Shown piece after piece: positions 28,810 to 38,442 of a DNA stretch of 64,000 nt. Under the pieces are notes generated by a model, which was not told the origin of the DNA, did no database searches, and worked only from the letters and a program-made list of their open reading frames with translations. Position 1 is the stretch's first letter; the number at the start of each line of letters is the position of its first letter. Position numbers and translations under genes: made by a program. The DNA lies in assembly GCA_025999215.1 (NCBI GenBank), contig AP024679.1:505924-569923 (forward strand). Direction: 5' to 3'. Source of the DNA: Candidatus Dojkabacteria bacterium (GTDB lineage Bacteria > Patescibacteriota > Dojkabacteria > J137).

Positions 28810-29163
28810 ATGAGCAACAAATTAGAAGAAGAATTAGGAGTAAATGCCACTGTTGAAGATCTAAAACCATTACTTCAAGTTAATGTTCATGCAGAAGATT
28901 AAGAAGGGAACGTATTTGAAAATTCTACTTTCATTTATTTCTTTCAGCTTAAAGATAATAACTATAATGCAGGAGATGATGTTAAAAGCATCGTAAAGTT
29001 ATCAGTTGATGAGCTTTTTGAATTAGGTGATAAGTACGAAGCCTTAACAGAAGACAATTGGTACGAAGGATTGGAAGGAAAACATTCTTAGGGTGATTAT
29101 GGAAAAGTTTACGGGCCAATTCATAAATTCACTGCACAGAAGATAAAAGAACTAAATTTATAA
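28810..29163 (+). pseudogene. SD-led reading frame interrupted by two in-frame stop codons (TAA at 28900, TAG at 29089)
   Basis: AAGGAGG at 28798-28804, ATG at 28810. The frame translates smoothly across both stops: MSNKLEEELGVNATVEDLKPLLQVNVHAED*EGNVFENSTFIYFFQLKDNNYNAGDDVKSIVKLSVDELFELGDKYEALTEDNWYEGLEGKHS*GDYGKVYGPIHKFTAQKIKELNL. Confidence 0.35.
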
Positions 29164-29338
29164 AGCTTAAAATTATGAGTTAAGACAATCTTTTTTCAAT
29201 AAATTTACAATGAATTGCAATAAAAACAAGTATTTAAAAATTTTGTATTCAAAAATTTACCTATTTTTTAATTGAGATCTTGGAGGTAAGAAATACGTTT
29301 TCTAATTACGATAAATTTATATAATTAGATTAATAACT

Positions 29339-30991
29339 TCATTTATTAATCGGAATATGAAGCTCAAAAATGGAACCTTTACCTTCCCCTTCACTATCAA
29401 ATACAAGACGTCCTTTATGCGCATTCATGATAATGTTTATCATGAATAAGCCTAACCCTGTTCCTCCTGGTTGCGGTAAATTTGATTGTGTCCTTTTTCG
29501 TTGTTGTATACCTCTATAAAATTTTTGTCCCAAAGATTTTTTATCTTCTTTGGTTAATCCAATACCATCATCCTGAATAGAGATTATTGCATTATCATTT
29601 TCTTTTTTGACAGTAACAACAATGTTTGATTTGTGAGTAGTGGGATTAATTCCATACTTTTTTGCGTTGTTAAGTAAACCGTCAATAGCTTCTTGAATTC
29701 TATTTTCATCAGCGTTAATAATTAATTCATCAACATTTGTTTTTAATGTTATTTTGTAAATATTTTTGTCAACCATTTTTTGAAAAATTTCTATACTTCT
29801 TTTTACTGTTTTAACAACGTCAAATTCAGAATAATTTAAGTGGAAACGTTTATTGCTAATTCTTGTAAATTCTAGCAATCCATTAACTATACTAATTCCT
29901 TGATGACCTGATGTTATTAATGCTTTTGTACTTTCACTAATATTTTTCATGATTTTTTTGTCCAAAACTTTAGATTTTAATAGCTTTTGCATATTGTTTT
30001 CAATATATTCTGCTTCAAGCAACATACTAGACATTGGAGTTTTAACTTCGTGGGCAAGTACATCCATCATATCTTGTTGCTCTTTTGCTTTAGCGCTAAG
30101 TTGAATGTTTAATTTTTGTAATTCTTCTTTTTGTTTTTGCTCGTTAACAATACTTCTTTGTAATAAAAATGCCATGAATACATAGAAAACAAAAATAATA
30201 CTTTTTAAGATTTGTTCATTAAACGAATCACTTAAAACAAATAAATCAATAATAAGGAGCATCCCAATAACGCTAATTGTCAAAGTTGATAAAAGCACTT
30301 TTGTTCCTAAAAATCTGTGTTTAAAAATTGAGTAGGCAATTAAAGTTGTAAGTATTATGGTCGCGTAATCTCCAAAGTAATAATATCTAGTTATATCGAG
30401 GAATATAGGTAAGGTAATATTAAAAACAAAATTTAAGCCATAGAAAGTTATCAATCCAAATATGAATGGTTTTATTCTGTTTTTATCTTGTCTTTTTAAA
30501 TTTTTCTGATGGTTTAAAAATAAAAACACCACTGAACCTATTGATATAACAATACTAATCAAAAAAGGCCACATCATAAATCCATAATTGATAGCTAAGG
30601 AGCCATTAACAATTCTTCTACTTTCAATTATCCAATCGGTCGTTAGTGTTATTATTGAAAAACAAAAAGTGATGATAGTGTTAAGTATGGTAAGCCACTT
30701 ATATTTGTTAGAGACTTTTAATAGTGAAAGAGAAAAATAGTAAATATATATAAAAAACCACGGTGTTACAAACCAAGCTATTTTGAGAAAGGTTACTGAT
30801 AAACTTGCTGATTCAACTACACGAGCAAGATATGCAAAATTTACCCAACCAAACATGCACAAGCTCATCATGGCAAACAGCCAACTTTCTGTTTTTTTTC
30901 TATTATTTAAAACTACTACTAAAACTAGCCATAATGCTATAGTATCAATAAGTATCACAAATAATCTGTGGAAATCTAATAGTTCAGTCAT
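29339..30991 (-). CDS. sensor histidine kinase with 7-8 N-terminal TM helices
   Basis: H-box LAHEVKTPMSSM. N/G boxes NAKKYG and DDGIGL...GGTGLGLFMINIIMNAHKG. Long hydrophobic N-terminal half. Confidence 0.85.
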   Translation of the reverse strand: MTELLDFHRLFVILIDTIALWLVLVVVLNNRKKTESWLFAMMSLCMFGWVNFAYLARVVESASLSVTFLKIAWFVTPWFFIYIYYFSLSLLKVSNKYKWLTILNTIITFCFSIITLTTDWIIESRRIVNGSLAINYGFMMWPFLISIVISIGSVVFLFLNHQKNLKRQDKNRIKPFIFGLITFYGLNFVFNITLPIFLDITRYYYFGDYATIILTTLIAYSIFKHRFLGTKVLLSTLTISVIGMLLIIDLFVLSDSFNEQILKSIIFVFYVFMAFLLQRSIVNEQKQKEELQKLNIQLSAKAKEQQDMMDVLAHEVKTPMSSMLLEAEYIENNMQKLLKSKVLDKKIMKNISESTKALITSGHQGISIVNGLLEFTRISNKRFHLNYSEFDVVKTVKRSIEIFQKMVDKNIYKITLKTNVDELIINADENRIQEAIDGLLNNAKKYGINPTTHKSNIVVTVKKENDNAIISIQDDGIGLTKEDKKSLGQKFYRGIQQRKRTQSNLPQPGGTGLGLFMINIIMNAHKGRLVFDSEGEGKGSIFELHIPINK

Positions 30992-31834
30992 TTAGATAAT
31001 TAACACTATTAAACCAACTAAACCAATTAATATATACTCAAAACCAACAAGAAGAAACCATTTTAGCTCAGGTTTATTTTTTAGGCCTCTTAGTGCATAC
31101 ATGTAGGTTATAAATGGTACGGATATGGTTAAAGACCAAAGTGGTAATTGATACAAAAATAAAGCTATTAAGATTGGTGCTATACTCAAGAAATTTAAAA
31201 CATTCAGAATTTTTATTGTTTTATAACTACCTAAAACAACAGGAAATGTTTTAAGTTTGTTTTGTGCATCATCCTTGATGTCTTTAAAATCGAAAAAAAT
31301 TTGAATATATAAGCTTCTAATAAATACAAATGTTGCTAATAAAGCGATAGGGATTGTAAAAATTGATTGGTTTGAGTATATTAGACCGTAAATTAAAAAG
31401 AAGACGTAAAATGTAGCCACAAAAAAGTTTTTGAAACCCAAAACATATCGCGTTATTTTTTTGAATACTAGCGCATATAAACAACCCATGATTAAAAGCA
31501 CAACACCAAGGATAAAATTTTGATTAGATACATGAAACCAAGACACATAAACAAAAGTAATTACATAAGCGAGACTAATAAATGGAATATATTTGAAGTA
31601 TGATGATAAATGATCACTTCTTTCTTTGTTGGCTTCTAAATCGCCCCTAAAACCTATGTATCTATCTATCCAAAAAATTGGTTGTACAAATAGGTATATA
31701 GATAGAATCAGAGAGAAACTAACCTGCTTTTCCAGAATTAAAAGAAGAGTTAGTGTAAGTAATGCTCCTCCTAACGACATAATATGCCCAGCAAGCAAAA
31801 ATTCTTTTTTTAAAAACTTTATATATTTGACCAT
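30992..31834 (-). CDS. UbiA-family prenyltransferase (DGGGPS-like, 280 aa, 7-8 TM)
   Basis: Second Asp-rich motif FFDFKDIKDDAQNKLKTFPVVLG parallels DGGGPS/UbiA rDieGDrkaGikTlPvvlG. The first motif is degenerate (WIDRYIGFRGD). The stop abuts the start of the histidine kinase. Confidence 0.6.
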   Translation of the reverse strand: MVKYIKFLKKEFLLAGHIMSLGGALLTLTLLLILEKQVSFSLILSIYLFVQPIFWIDRYIGFRGDLEANKERSDHLSSYFKYIPFISLAYVITFVYVSWFHVSNQNFILGVVLLIMGCLYALVFKKITRYVLGFKNFFVATFYVFFLIYGLIYSNQSIFTIPIALLATFVFIRSLYIQIFFDFKDIKDDAQNKLKTFPVVLGSYKTIKILNVLNFLSIAPILIALFLYQLPLWSLTISVPFITYMYALRGLKNKPELKWFLLVGFEYILIGLVGLIVLII

Positions 31835-31934
31835 GTTGTTTAGTGATTTCTGTTTGAAATAAAATCAGTTATACCATATAAAAATTGCCACCCTTTATTT
31901 TCTTCATTTTTGATTTTTTCTAACTCTTTTTGTG

Positions 31935-32909
31935 CTAATCCAATATTTTCACTGCATCGTTGCTCTTAGATTTTTCAAGTGCCCCAGATTTCTTTATGAT
32001 TGATCTTACTTTTTCTAGCTCTTCAATTGAGGAATTTTTATTTCCTATATTTTTTAAAACAAATTCTTTTTCACTATAGCTTGCAGACTTCAAGGTATCC
32101 CATATCAAATAAGTTTTTTTACCTTCAATTAAATCTGTGTAAATAGATTTTCCTGTTTTTTCTTCATCTCCAAACAACCCCAAAACATCATCTTGAATTT
32201 GAAATGCAAGCCCTGTATATTGAGCAATTTTTCTTAATGATTCTATTGTTTCTTGGCCAGTATTTTGGGATAGAACAATTGCAGCTTCAATTGGTAATTC
32301 AAATGAATATGTAACAGTTTTATCTTGTTGCACTTTTTTTATATCTTCTTCTGTAAAATTTTCAATCAGTGAAAGGTTAAAATCTTCAATCTGCCCTACC
32401 AAAACTTCTTCAATTTTTTGAGAACACAACCTTATAAGCGCCAATTTATTTTCAATACTTAAATTACTATCAATAATGATTTTGTTAATATATTGATAAG
32501 CTATATTTCCAACTAATAAAGCTACCATTTCTCCATATCGCTTTGGGTCGGGATAACCTTTTGATAAAGCTAATTTCTCATAAACTACATGAACTGTTGG
32601 TTTGCCTCGTCTTAGTTCTGAAGCGTCAATTATATCATCGTGAATAAGCAGAAACGCTTGAATAAATTCTAAAAAAATTGATAACTCAAAAATATCATTT
32701 GATTCGTGGTCATTAAGAAAAACATATGTGTAATAAAAAAGCGCTGGTCTTAATCTTTTACCGCCATTTAAAATAAATTGGGCAATTGAAGAGTTGTAAT
32801 CAACTGAAAGTTCACTCTCTTGGCCAGAGAAGCCATTTCTAAAATATTGTTCTAAAAAACTATCTAATTTTTTTTTAAATTCTGCTAGCATTTCAATTGC
32901 ATTACTCAT
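31935..32909 (-). CDS. polyprenyl diphosphate synthase (trans-isoprenyl diphosphate synthase, FPP/GGPP-type)
   Basis: FARM motif LLIHDDIIDASELRRGKPTVH. SARM motif FQIQDDVLGLFGDEEKTGKS. Confidence 0.85.
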   Translation of the reverse strand: MSNAIEMLAEFKKKLDSFLEQYFRNGFSGQESELSVDYNSSIAQFILNGGKRLRPALFYYTYVFLNDHESNDIFELSIFLEFIQAFLLIHDDIIDASELRRGKPTVHVVYEKLALSKGYPDPKRYGEMVALLVGNIAYQYINKIIIDSNLSIENKLALIRLCSQKIEEVLVGQIEDFNLSLIENFTEEDIKKVQQDKTVTYSFELPIEAAIVLSQNTGQETIESLRKIAQYTGLAFQIQDDVLGLFGDEEKTGKSIYTDLIEGKKTYLIWDTLKSASYSEKEFVLKNIGNKNSSIEELEKVRSIIKKSGALEKSKSNDAVKILD

Positions 32910-33286
32910 TTTTTATCCTTTAAAATCTCTTGAATTTTTTCAATTAATTCTTTGGCACTCATCGTACCCTTATCAAAGAAGGCTGAAATCCCCAAGGCTT
33001 GAACCTTTTCCTTTGTATCGCTTGACGAGTTATTTGTAATAATTATGACATTAGGATTGCCATACTTTTCCTCATTGGATCTGATTTCTTTTAAAACGGC
33101 AATACCATCAATGTCAGTCATTAGCACATCAAGTAGTATTACTTTGTGATTATTTTGAGCAATTTTTTCTAAACCCTCTGCCCCACTGTTCACAACTTCT
33201 AAATCAATTCCTGCATCTTCTAGATGTCTTCTCAAAGCGTTTGCAATTGCAACTTCATCATCTATTAATAGAACCTTATTTTTCAT
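32906..33286 (-). CDS. response regulator, receiver domain only (CheY-like)
   Basis: VLLIDDE...VILLDVLMTDIDGIAVLKEIR...IIITNNSS carries the phospho-acceptor Asp context. 126 aa with no output domain. Its stop overlaps the start of the polyprenyl synthase. Confidence 0.85.
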   Translation of the reverse strand: MKNKVLLIDDEVAIANALRRHLEDAGIDLEVVNSGAEGLEKIAQNNHKVILLDVLMTDIDGIAVLKEIRSNEEKYGNPNVIIITNNSSSDTKEKVQALGISAFFDKGTMSAKELIEKIQEILKDKK

Positions 33287-33289
33287 AGT

Positions 33290-33844
33290 TTATTGGTTAC
33301 TGTCTTTATTATCCTCTCTTCCGTTACTTTTTTCAAGTGCATTTATATTAATTAGCATATTTGTATACCAACTCTTGCTAGGATCTTTCATACTTTCAGT
33401 TATGAATTTTAAAACCCTACTTTTATCTTGCAGATTCATCACCTGGTTAACTAGTTCAATATTTGAGTTTGATAACTCTTGAACTCGGTTGTTGATATCT
33501 TTAAGTTTTTGCAAAATATCAGTGTTGATTTTCTCTTGAATTTTGGCTGCAAGATGCAAAATTTCCCTAACATGATCTAGCAAATTTAGTTCTTCTTTTG
33601 ATAATTTTTCTAAATCTGTAGAACTATTTATTTCAAATAAAAGCGCTGAAAGCTTAGCAGAAATTTCGGCATATTTTTTAAATCTTTCTTTAACATAATT
33701 TATAGCTTCATCCTGTTTAAAATACAATTCACTTACTTTTTCATAAATATCTGTGATATCTGTGCTTAGCGCATCATGCGCTTCCATAATTGCTTTTATA
33801 AATTCATCGTTTTTAATTATTGAAACTTTATTTTTCTTATTCAT
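33290..33844 (-). CDS. coiled-coil hypothetical protein (first gene of the response regulator / polyprenyl synthase / UbiA / kinase cluster)
   Basis: Heptad-rich sequence with no catalytic motif. Separated by 3 nt from the downstream response regulator gene. Confidence 0.35.
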   Translation of the reverse strand: MNKKNKVSIIKNDEFIKAIMEAHDALSTDITDIYEKVSELYFKQDEAINYVKERFKKYAEISAKLSALLFEINSSTDLEKLSKEELNLLDHVREILHLAAKIQEKINTDILQKLKDINNRVQELSNSNIELVNQVMNLQDKSRVLKFITESMKDPSKSWYTNMLININALEKSNGREDNKDSNQ

Positions 33845-34037
33845 AATTTTTCTTTTACATTTATTCTAGTCCAGCATACGTTAAAAGTATTTTAAAATTT
33901 TGAAACAAAAAACTTTTTAACAAGCATGCTCTAACATTCTATTTTTTATAATGACAAAAATCAAGCCAAAATTATAATTTTTTAAAATTTCGTTTTTAAA
34001 ATTGTTAAATATTTAACAAATTAAAACTATCCAACGC

Positions 34038-34664
34038 CTAAAATAAATTTAAAATTTCATAGGCGAAAGTTTTTGGATCATCTGTTTCAATAAAACCGCT
34101 TCCCACTGCTATTCCATCAAAACCAAGTTTTTTAATGTTTAAGACATCATCATATTTTTTTATTCCACCACCATAAAGCAAAAATTTGGCTGTACTCAAA
34201 TTTTTAAGCTCATTATATGTTTTTTCATTTATTTTGAGTTTGCTATTTTCATAAACAATTATTTGAGGGTTAAATTTAGAAGCCGTTTTTACCTCATCTA
34301 GATTTGTAGTGAAAACAACAGTTTTAAACCCTTTGTCACTTAGAAACTCTAACTTCTTTGTCAAGTTTTTCTCTTTATTTTCAGGGTGATTAACAAAAAC
34401 GTAGTCAATGTTCATAACATTCAAAATTTCTGTTGTAACCAAACCTGTGCTTTTTTCTGACTGTGTAACATCTATTCTTTGAGAACAAAAATTTAGTTCA
34501 GGAAAATTCCTTTTTGCCCAAAACAAGTCAGTGATAGTGGGAGCTACCACCATTGAGCTACTTAGGTTTGGATACTCTACAACTACACTATGTAGAGCCA
34601 ACAGATATTTATCTAAATTTATTCCGGACGCTTGGGGGTAGGTTTTAAGGTTAAATAACACCAT
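34038..34664 (-). CDS. tpiA: triosephosphate isomerase, archaeal-type short form
   Basis: FNLKTYPQASG parallels archaeal TIM INFKTY.EatG. MVVAPTITDL parallels IVVAPqlvDL. FCSQRIDVTQSEKSTG...NHPENK parallels FAQHIDpikpGshTG...NHSEnR. LLYGGGIKK...GIAVGSGFIETDDP parallels LCGaGIs...GvLlASGvtKAKDP. Confidence 0.6.
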   Translation of the reverse strand: MVLFNLKTYPQASGINLDKYLLALHSVVVEYPNLSSSMVVAPTITDLFWAKRNFPELNFCSQRIDVTQSEKSTGLVTTEILNVMNIDYVFVNHPENKEKNLTKKLEFLSDKGFKTVVFTTNLDEVKTASKFNPQIIVYENSKLKINEKTYNELKNLSTAKFLLYGGGIKKYDDVLNIKKLGFDGIAVGSGFIETDDPKTFAYEILNLF

Positions 34665-34770
34665 AAAAAAAGTTGTAACAATTAAAACCTTAAAACACTA
34701 AGTTTTATATTTGACTCTTAAGTTTATATTGTTTTAGAATCAATGTAAATAATATTTTTTAAGTTTTTGT

Positions 34771-35805
34771 ATGAAAGTTAAAGTTGCAATTAATGGATTT
34801 GGAAGAATTGGAAGGCTTACACTTAGAGCTTTGATTGAAAAAAATTTGCTTGGTCATGATTTAGAATTTATTGTAAATGATCTTGTCCCTGCAACAAATC
34901 TTGCATATTTACTTCAGTATGATTCTGTTCATGGTAGATTTAGTGGAAAAGTTGAAGTGGATGGTGATAATTTTATTAAAATTCGTTATCAAGATAGAAA
35001 TTATTTAATAGAAACACTTTCAGAAAAAGTTCTCCCTAAAGATCTTCCCTGGAAAGAAAAAAATGTTGATATTGTAATTGAATCCACAGGCCTGTTTACC
35101 AAAAAAGAATTAGCGCAGGGACATCTTGAAGCTGGAGCCAAGAAAGTTATTATCTCTGCTCCATCAAGTGATGATGTTAAAACTGTATTGATAGGGGTAA
35201 ATAGCGATAGTTATCAAGGTGAAGAATTAGTTTCAAATGCTAGCTGCACAACTAACTGTTTGGGGCCTCTTGTCTACGTTCTTTTAAAGGAAGGTATTGG
35301 CTTAGAAGAAGGGTTAATGACTACAATACATGCATACACTGCTTCACAATCTTTAGTTGATGGCCCTACAAGAAAATCACTTAGAGATGGAAGAGCCGGA
35401 GCTTTTAATATTATTCCTGCATCAACTGGAGCAGCTAAAGCAATGTCTAGAGTTTTACCAGAACTCGAAGGAAAATTAACAGGAATGGCTTTTAGAGTTC
35501 CTGTTATTGATGTATCATGCGTTGACCTTACTTTTAAGCCTCAAAGAAAAACTTCATTAGAAGAAATTAACTCTTTAATTTTGAGAGCAAGTAAAACCTA
35601 TTTACGAGGAATTTTAGAATATATTGATGAAGATTTGGTTTCTTCTGATTTTATTGGCAATACTCATTCATGTATTTATGATTCTAAAGCAAGCATTGAA
35701 TTAAACTCTGAATTTTTTAAATTAGTTGCTTGGTATGACAATGAATGGGGATATTCTAACCGAATGGTTGATTTGTTGGATCTGGTAATCAAAAGAAGTA
35801 ATTAA
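34771..35805 (+). CDS. gap: glyceraldehyde-3-phosphate dehydrogenase
   Basis: KVAINGFGRIGR NAD-binding motif. Active site SNASCTTNCLGP. Confidence 0.95.
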   Translation: MKVKVAINGFGRIGRLTLRALIEKNLLGHDLEFIVNDLVPATNLAYLLQYDSVHGRFSGKVEVDGDNFIKIRYQDRNYLIETLSEKVLPKDLPWKEKNVDIVIESTGLFTKKELAQGHLEAGAKKVIISAPSSDDVKTVLIGVNSDSYQGEELVSNASCTTNCLGPLVYVLLKEGIGLEEGLMTTIHAYTASQSLVDGPTRKSLRDGRAGAFNIIPASTGAAKAMSRVLPELEGKLTGMAFRVPVIDVSCVDLTFKPQRKTSLEEINSLILRASKTYLRGILEYIDEDLVSSDFIGNTHSCIYDSKASIELNSEFFKLVAWYDNEWGYSNRMVDLLDLVIKRSN

Positions 35806-35807
35806 AT

Positions 35808-37584
35808 TTATTTACTAGCTCTTAAAGCGTTTAAAATTACAAGAATGTCAATTGCTTCTTGAAAAATTGCGCCCTGGGTTGGTTTAAGAAATCCAAACAA
35901 TGCAAAAATCATTCCTGCTAAACTCAATGTCATGCCTGTAAAAATACTTTGTTTGGCGATAGATAAGGTTTGTTTTGATATTTTAAAAATTTTGCCTAAT
36001 TTTTCTAAGTTGTTGTCAAGAATTACTACATCTGCAATTTCAGTTGAAGCAGAATTTTCCCCGTGACTAAAAACAATTCCCACATCGGCTAAAGCCAGAG
36101 CTGGCGCATCATTGATTCCATCACCTACCATAACGATTACTCCGGAATTTTTTAATTTATCAATTTCAGAAAGTTTGGTTTCTGGTTTGCATTCTGCAGT
36201 ATAATCAATAGGATAGCTTATTTCTTTCAAAAATGCTGTTGTGTTCTCTTTCGTATCACCTGTTAATAATTTTATTGTTTCTACATTTTGTGATAAATAT
36301 TCAAGAATTTTTAATATGTTTTTCTTCGGTTTATCTTTAAAATAAATCGTTGCAATTAGTTTATCGTTTTCGAAAAGATCAATACTTCCGTATACCTTAC
36401 CTTGAGTTATCTTATAATTTTTATTTTTAATTTGCCCCACTATGCCTTCACCTGGAATTTCTTTGATATTTTGCGGAATAATTTGTTTTATTGTTTTTTT
36501 TTCACAATATTTAACTATAGCTTTGGCAAAAGGGTGCATTGAATATTGTTCTAAGGAGTAAATTATTTCTAACAAATTTTTTTCATCATAATTTGAAAAG
36601 TTTTCAATTTTATAAATTTCTGGCTGTCCCAGAGTTAGTGTTCCAGTTTTATCTAGCAGTAAATTTTTACTTTTTGCAATCTTTTCCAAAGCTTCACCAC
36701 TTTTTACAATAATATTTTCTTTAGATGCTTTGTTGATACCGCCTAAAAAAGCAATTGGAGTTGCCAGAATCAAAGGGCAAGGTGTAGCGATCACCAAAAC
36801 TGATAAAAATCTTTCAGTTTCTCCGCTTGATACGAAGTATGCCAAAACAGCTAAAGATAAGGTTAACAAAGTAAAAATAAAACTATACTTGTTTGCAAGT
36901 CTAACAAAAGGCGCTTTGGTTTCTTGAGCCATTTGCACAAGTTGAATTATTTTTTTGAATGTTGAATCTTCTGATTTTTTAGTAACTTTTATTTTAATAG
37001 TTTCTCCCAAATTGATTACTCCACTGTTGATTAATGATTTTTCAAGTTTTGTAACAGGTAAGCTTTCTCCTGTTAGAGACTGTTCATCTAAAACTGCTAT
37101 AGAATCTAGCAATATTCCATCAAGAGGCACAACTTCTCCCTTACGAATTAATAATATTTCTCCAATCTCTACATTTTTAATATTCTTTACTGTTATATTT
37201 TGACCCTCTATCACTCTAATTTTTGAAGGTATTCTGTTTTTAAGAGATGAAAGCGAGTCAGTTGCTCTTAGCATTGCGTATTTTTCAAGAGCATTTCCTC
37301 CTGACAACATTAATACAATTATCAATGCCACAAAAAATTCGCCTGTTATTAAACTTGTAACTATCGCTAATATAGCAATATAATCTAGCGCTAGACTTCT
37401 TTTTAAAAATTTCTTTTATCGTATCATTGAAAAGTTGAATGCTTCCTACAATTATGCCAATAATTTGAATTGTATTTATAATATTTTTTTCTGGAAACTT
37501 AGTTAATTCCAAAATTGAAGTAGTTAAAATTACAACCAAAATGATAAAAGGAATCACTATGAAATTAAATTTTTTTTTATTCAT
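35808..37584 (-). pseudogene. P-type (P1B-like) cation-transporting ATPase split by a frameshift in a T5/A5 homopolymer tract (~37397-37418)
   Basis: DKTGTLT phosphorylation motif, GDGINDAPAL hinge and TGES-like region lie in ORF 35808..37331. The first TM helices lie in ORF 37285..37584, in another frame. The two frames join inside CTTCTTTTTAAAAATTTC. Confidence 0.7.
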
Positions 37585-37867
37585 AATTTATTTTGATTTT
37601 ATAGACTCTTCTATTGGGGTTTCTTCCAATATATCCCCAATTACTGGCACCTCTTCAACTGAATCGTAAATTGTGCTTAAGAGCCCAAGCACAAGAGTTC
37701 CTATTATGGTTGCTCCAAGTCAATGTTGCCACACCATTTACTAGGCCTTTAATAAAGGCTTTTTTTAAGAGAGTTTTGCTTTTCTAAGTTTTGGTTTATT
37801 TTTTGTAAAAGTAATTCTGTTTGATTTGTCATTGTTTGATTTTAATATAAATTAAAATATTTATAAA

Positions 37868-38317
37868 TTATTTTTTAAAATAAATTTCTGTTTCGTTTTC
37901 GGCATTAGGCGCGCTCACAGTGAATCTCCCGCTTGTGTTTTTACAAATTACGTATCCTGTATCTTCAGATGTACCGGTTTGTGGATCTTTAGGAAGCTCA
38001 GTAATGTAACCTTCATCAACTAAGTTTTGAAGGTTTACTTCGTTTTTAGAAATTTTAGCTGTTTGTGGACAGGTCGGAATTTGATCCTCAACTTTACCTA
38101 GAGATCCGTTATCATTTACATACAAATTAATTGCGTTTGCCAAATCTGTAACATCAATGAGTCTTTCGGTATTACGTGATTCTGCGAAATTTTTCTGAGG
38201 GTTGATGATGAAAAAAAGTATTAGACCTAAAAACAAGACAACAAACAAAATTAACAAAACTTCACTTAGCGAAAAAGCACTTTGTGTTTGAGTTTTGTAA
38301 TGTCTATATTGATTCAT
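37868..38317 (-). CDS. type IV pilin / pseudopilin-like protein
   Basis: Prepilin-type N-terminus QSAFSLSEVLLILFVVLFLGLILFFI has the class III signal (G/A)F(S/T)L-x-E. Small size and a Cys pair in the C-terminal region. Confidence 0.55.
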   Translation of the reverse strand: MNQYRHYKTQTQSAFSLSEVLLILFVVLFLGLILFFIINPQKNFAESRNTERLIDVTDLANAINLYVNDNGSLGKVEDQIPTCPQTAKISKNEVNLQNLVDEGYITELPKDPQTGTSEDTGYVICKNTSGRFTVSAPNAENETEIYFKK

Positions 38318-38442
38318 GTTTTATAGTAAAACCGACTTATTAACTCTAAATTTTCTCAAATGTTTTGTCAAGTATTATCAGCGTGGTCAAAATTAGCTGT
38401 ATTTATGTTATAATCGAAGTATATTCGAATTTTAGCTTTTTA

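Noticed and set aside
34038-34664. Possible GGGPS/PcrB (geranylgeranylglyceryl-phosphate synthase) next to the prenyl operon
   Set aside because: The GGGI...VG C-terminus is shared by GGGPS and archaeal TIM. The N-terminus FNLKTYPQASG and the internal blocks match archaeal TIM (INFKTY..., NHSENR), not the GGGPS KLDPD motif. Called as tpiA.
37590-37870. 280-bp gap containing a short membrane-protein-like fragment (GATIIGTLVLGLLSTIYDSVEEVPVIGDILEE) on the minus strand
   Set aside because: It is too short and interrupted to call. It is probably another eroded remnant, or a small unannotated membrane peptide. No homology is recognisable.
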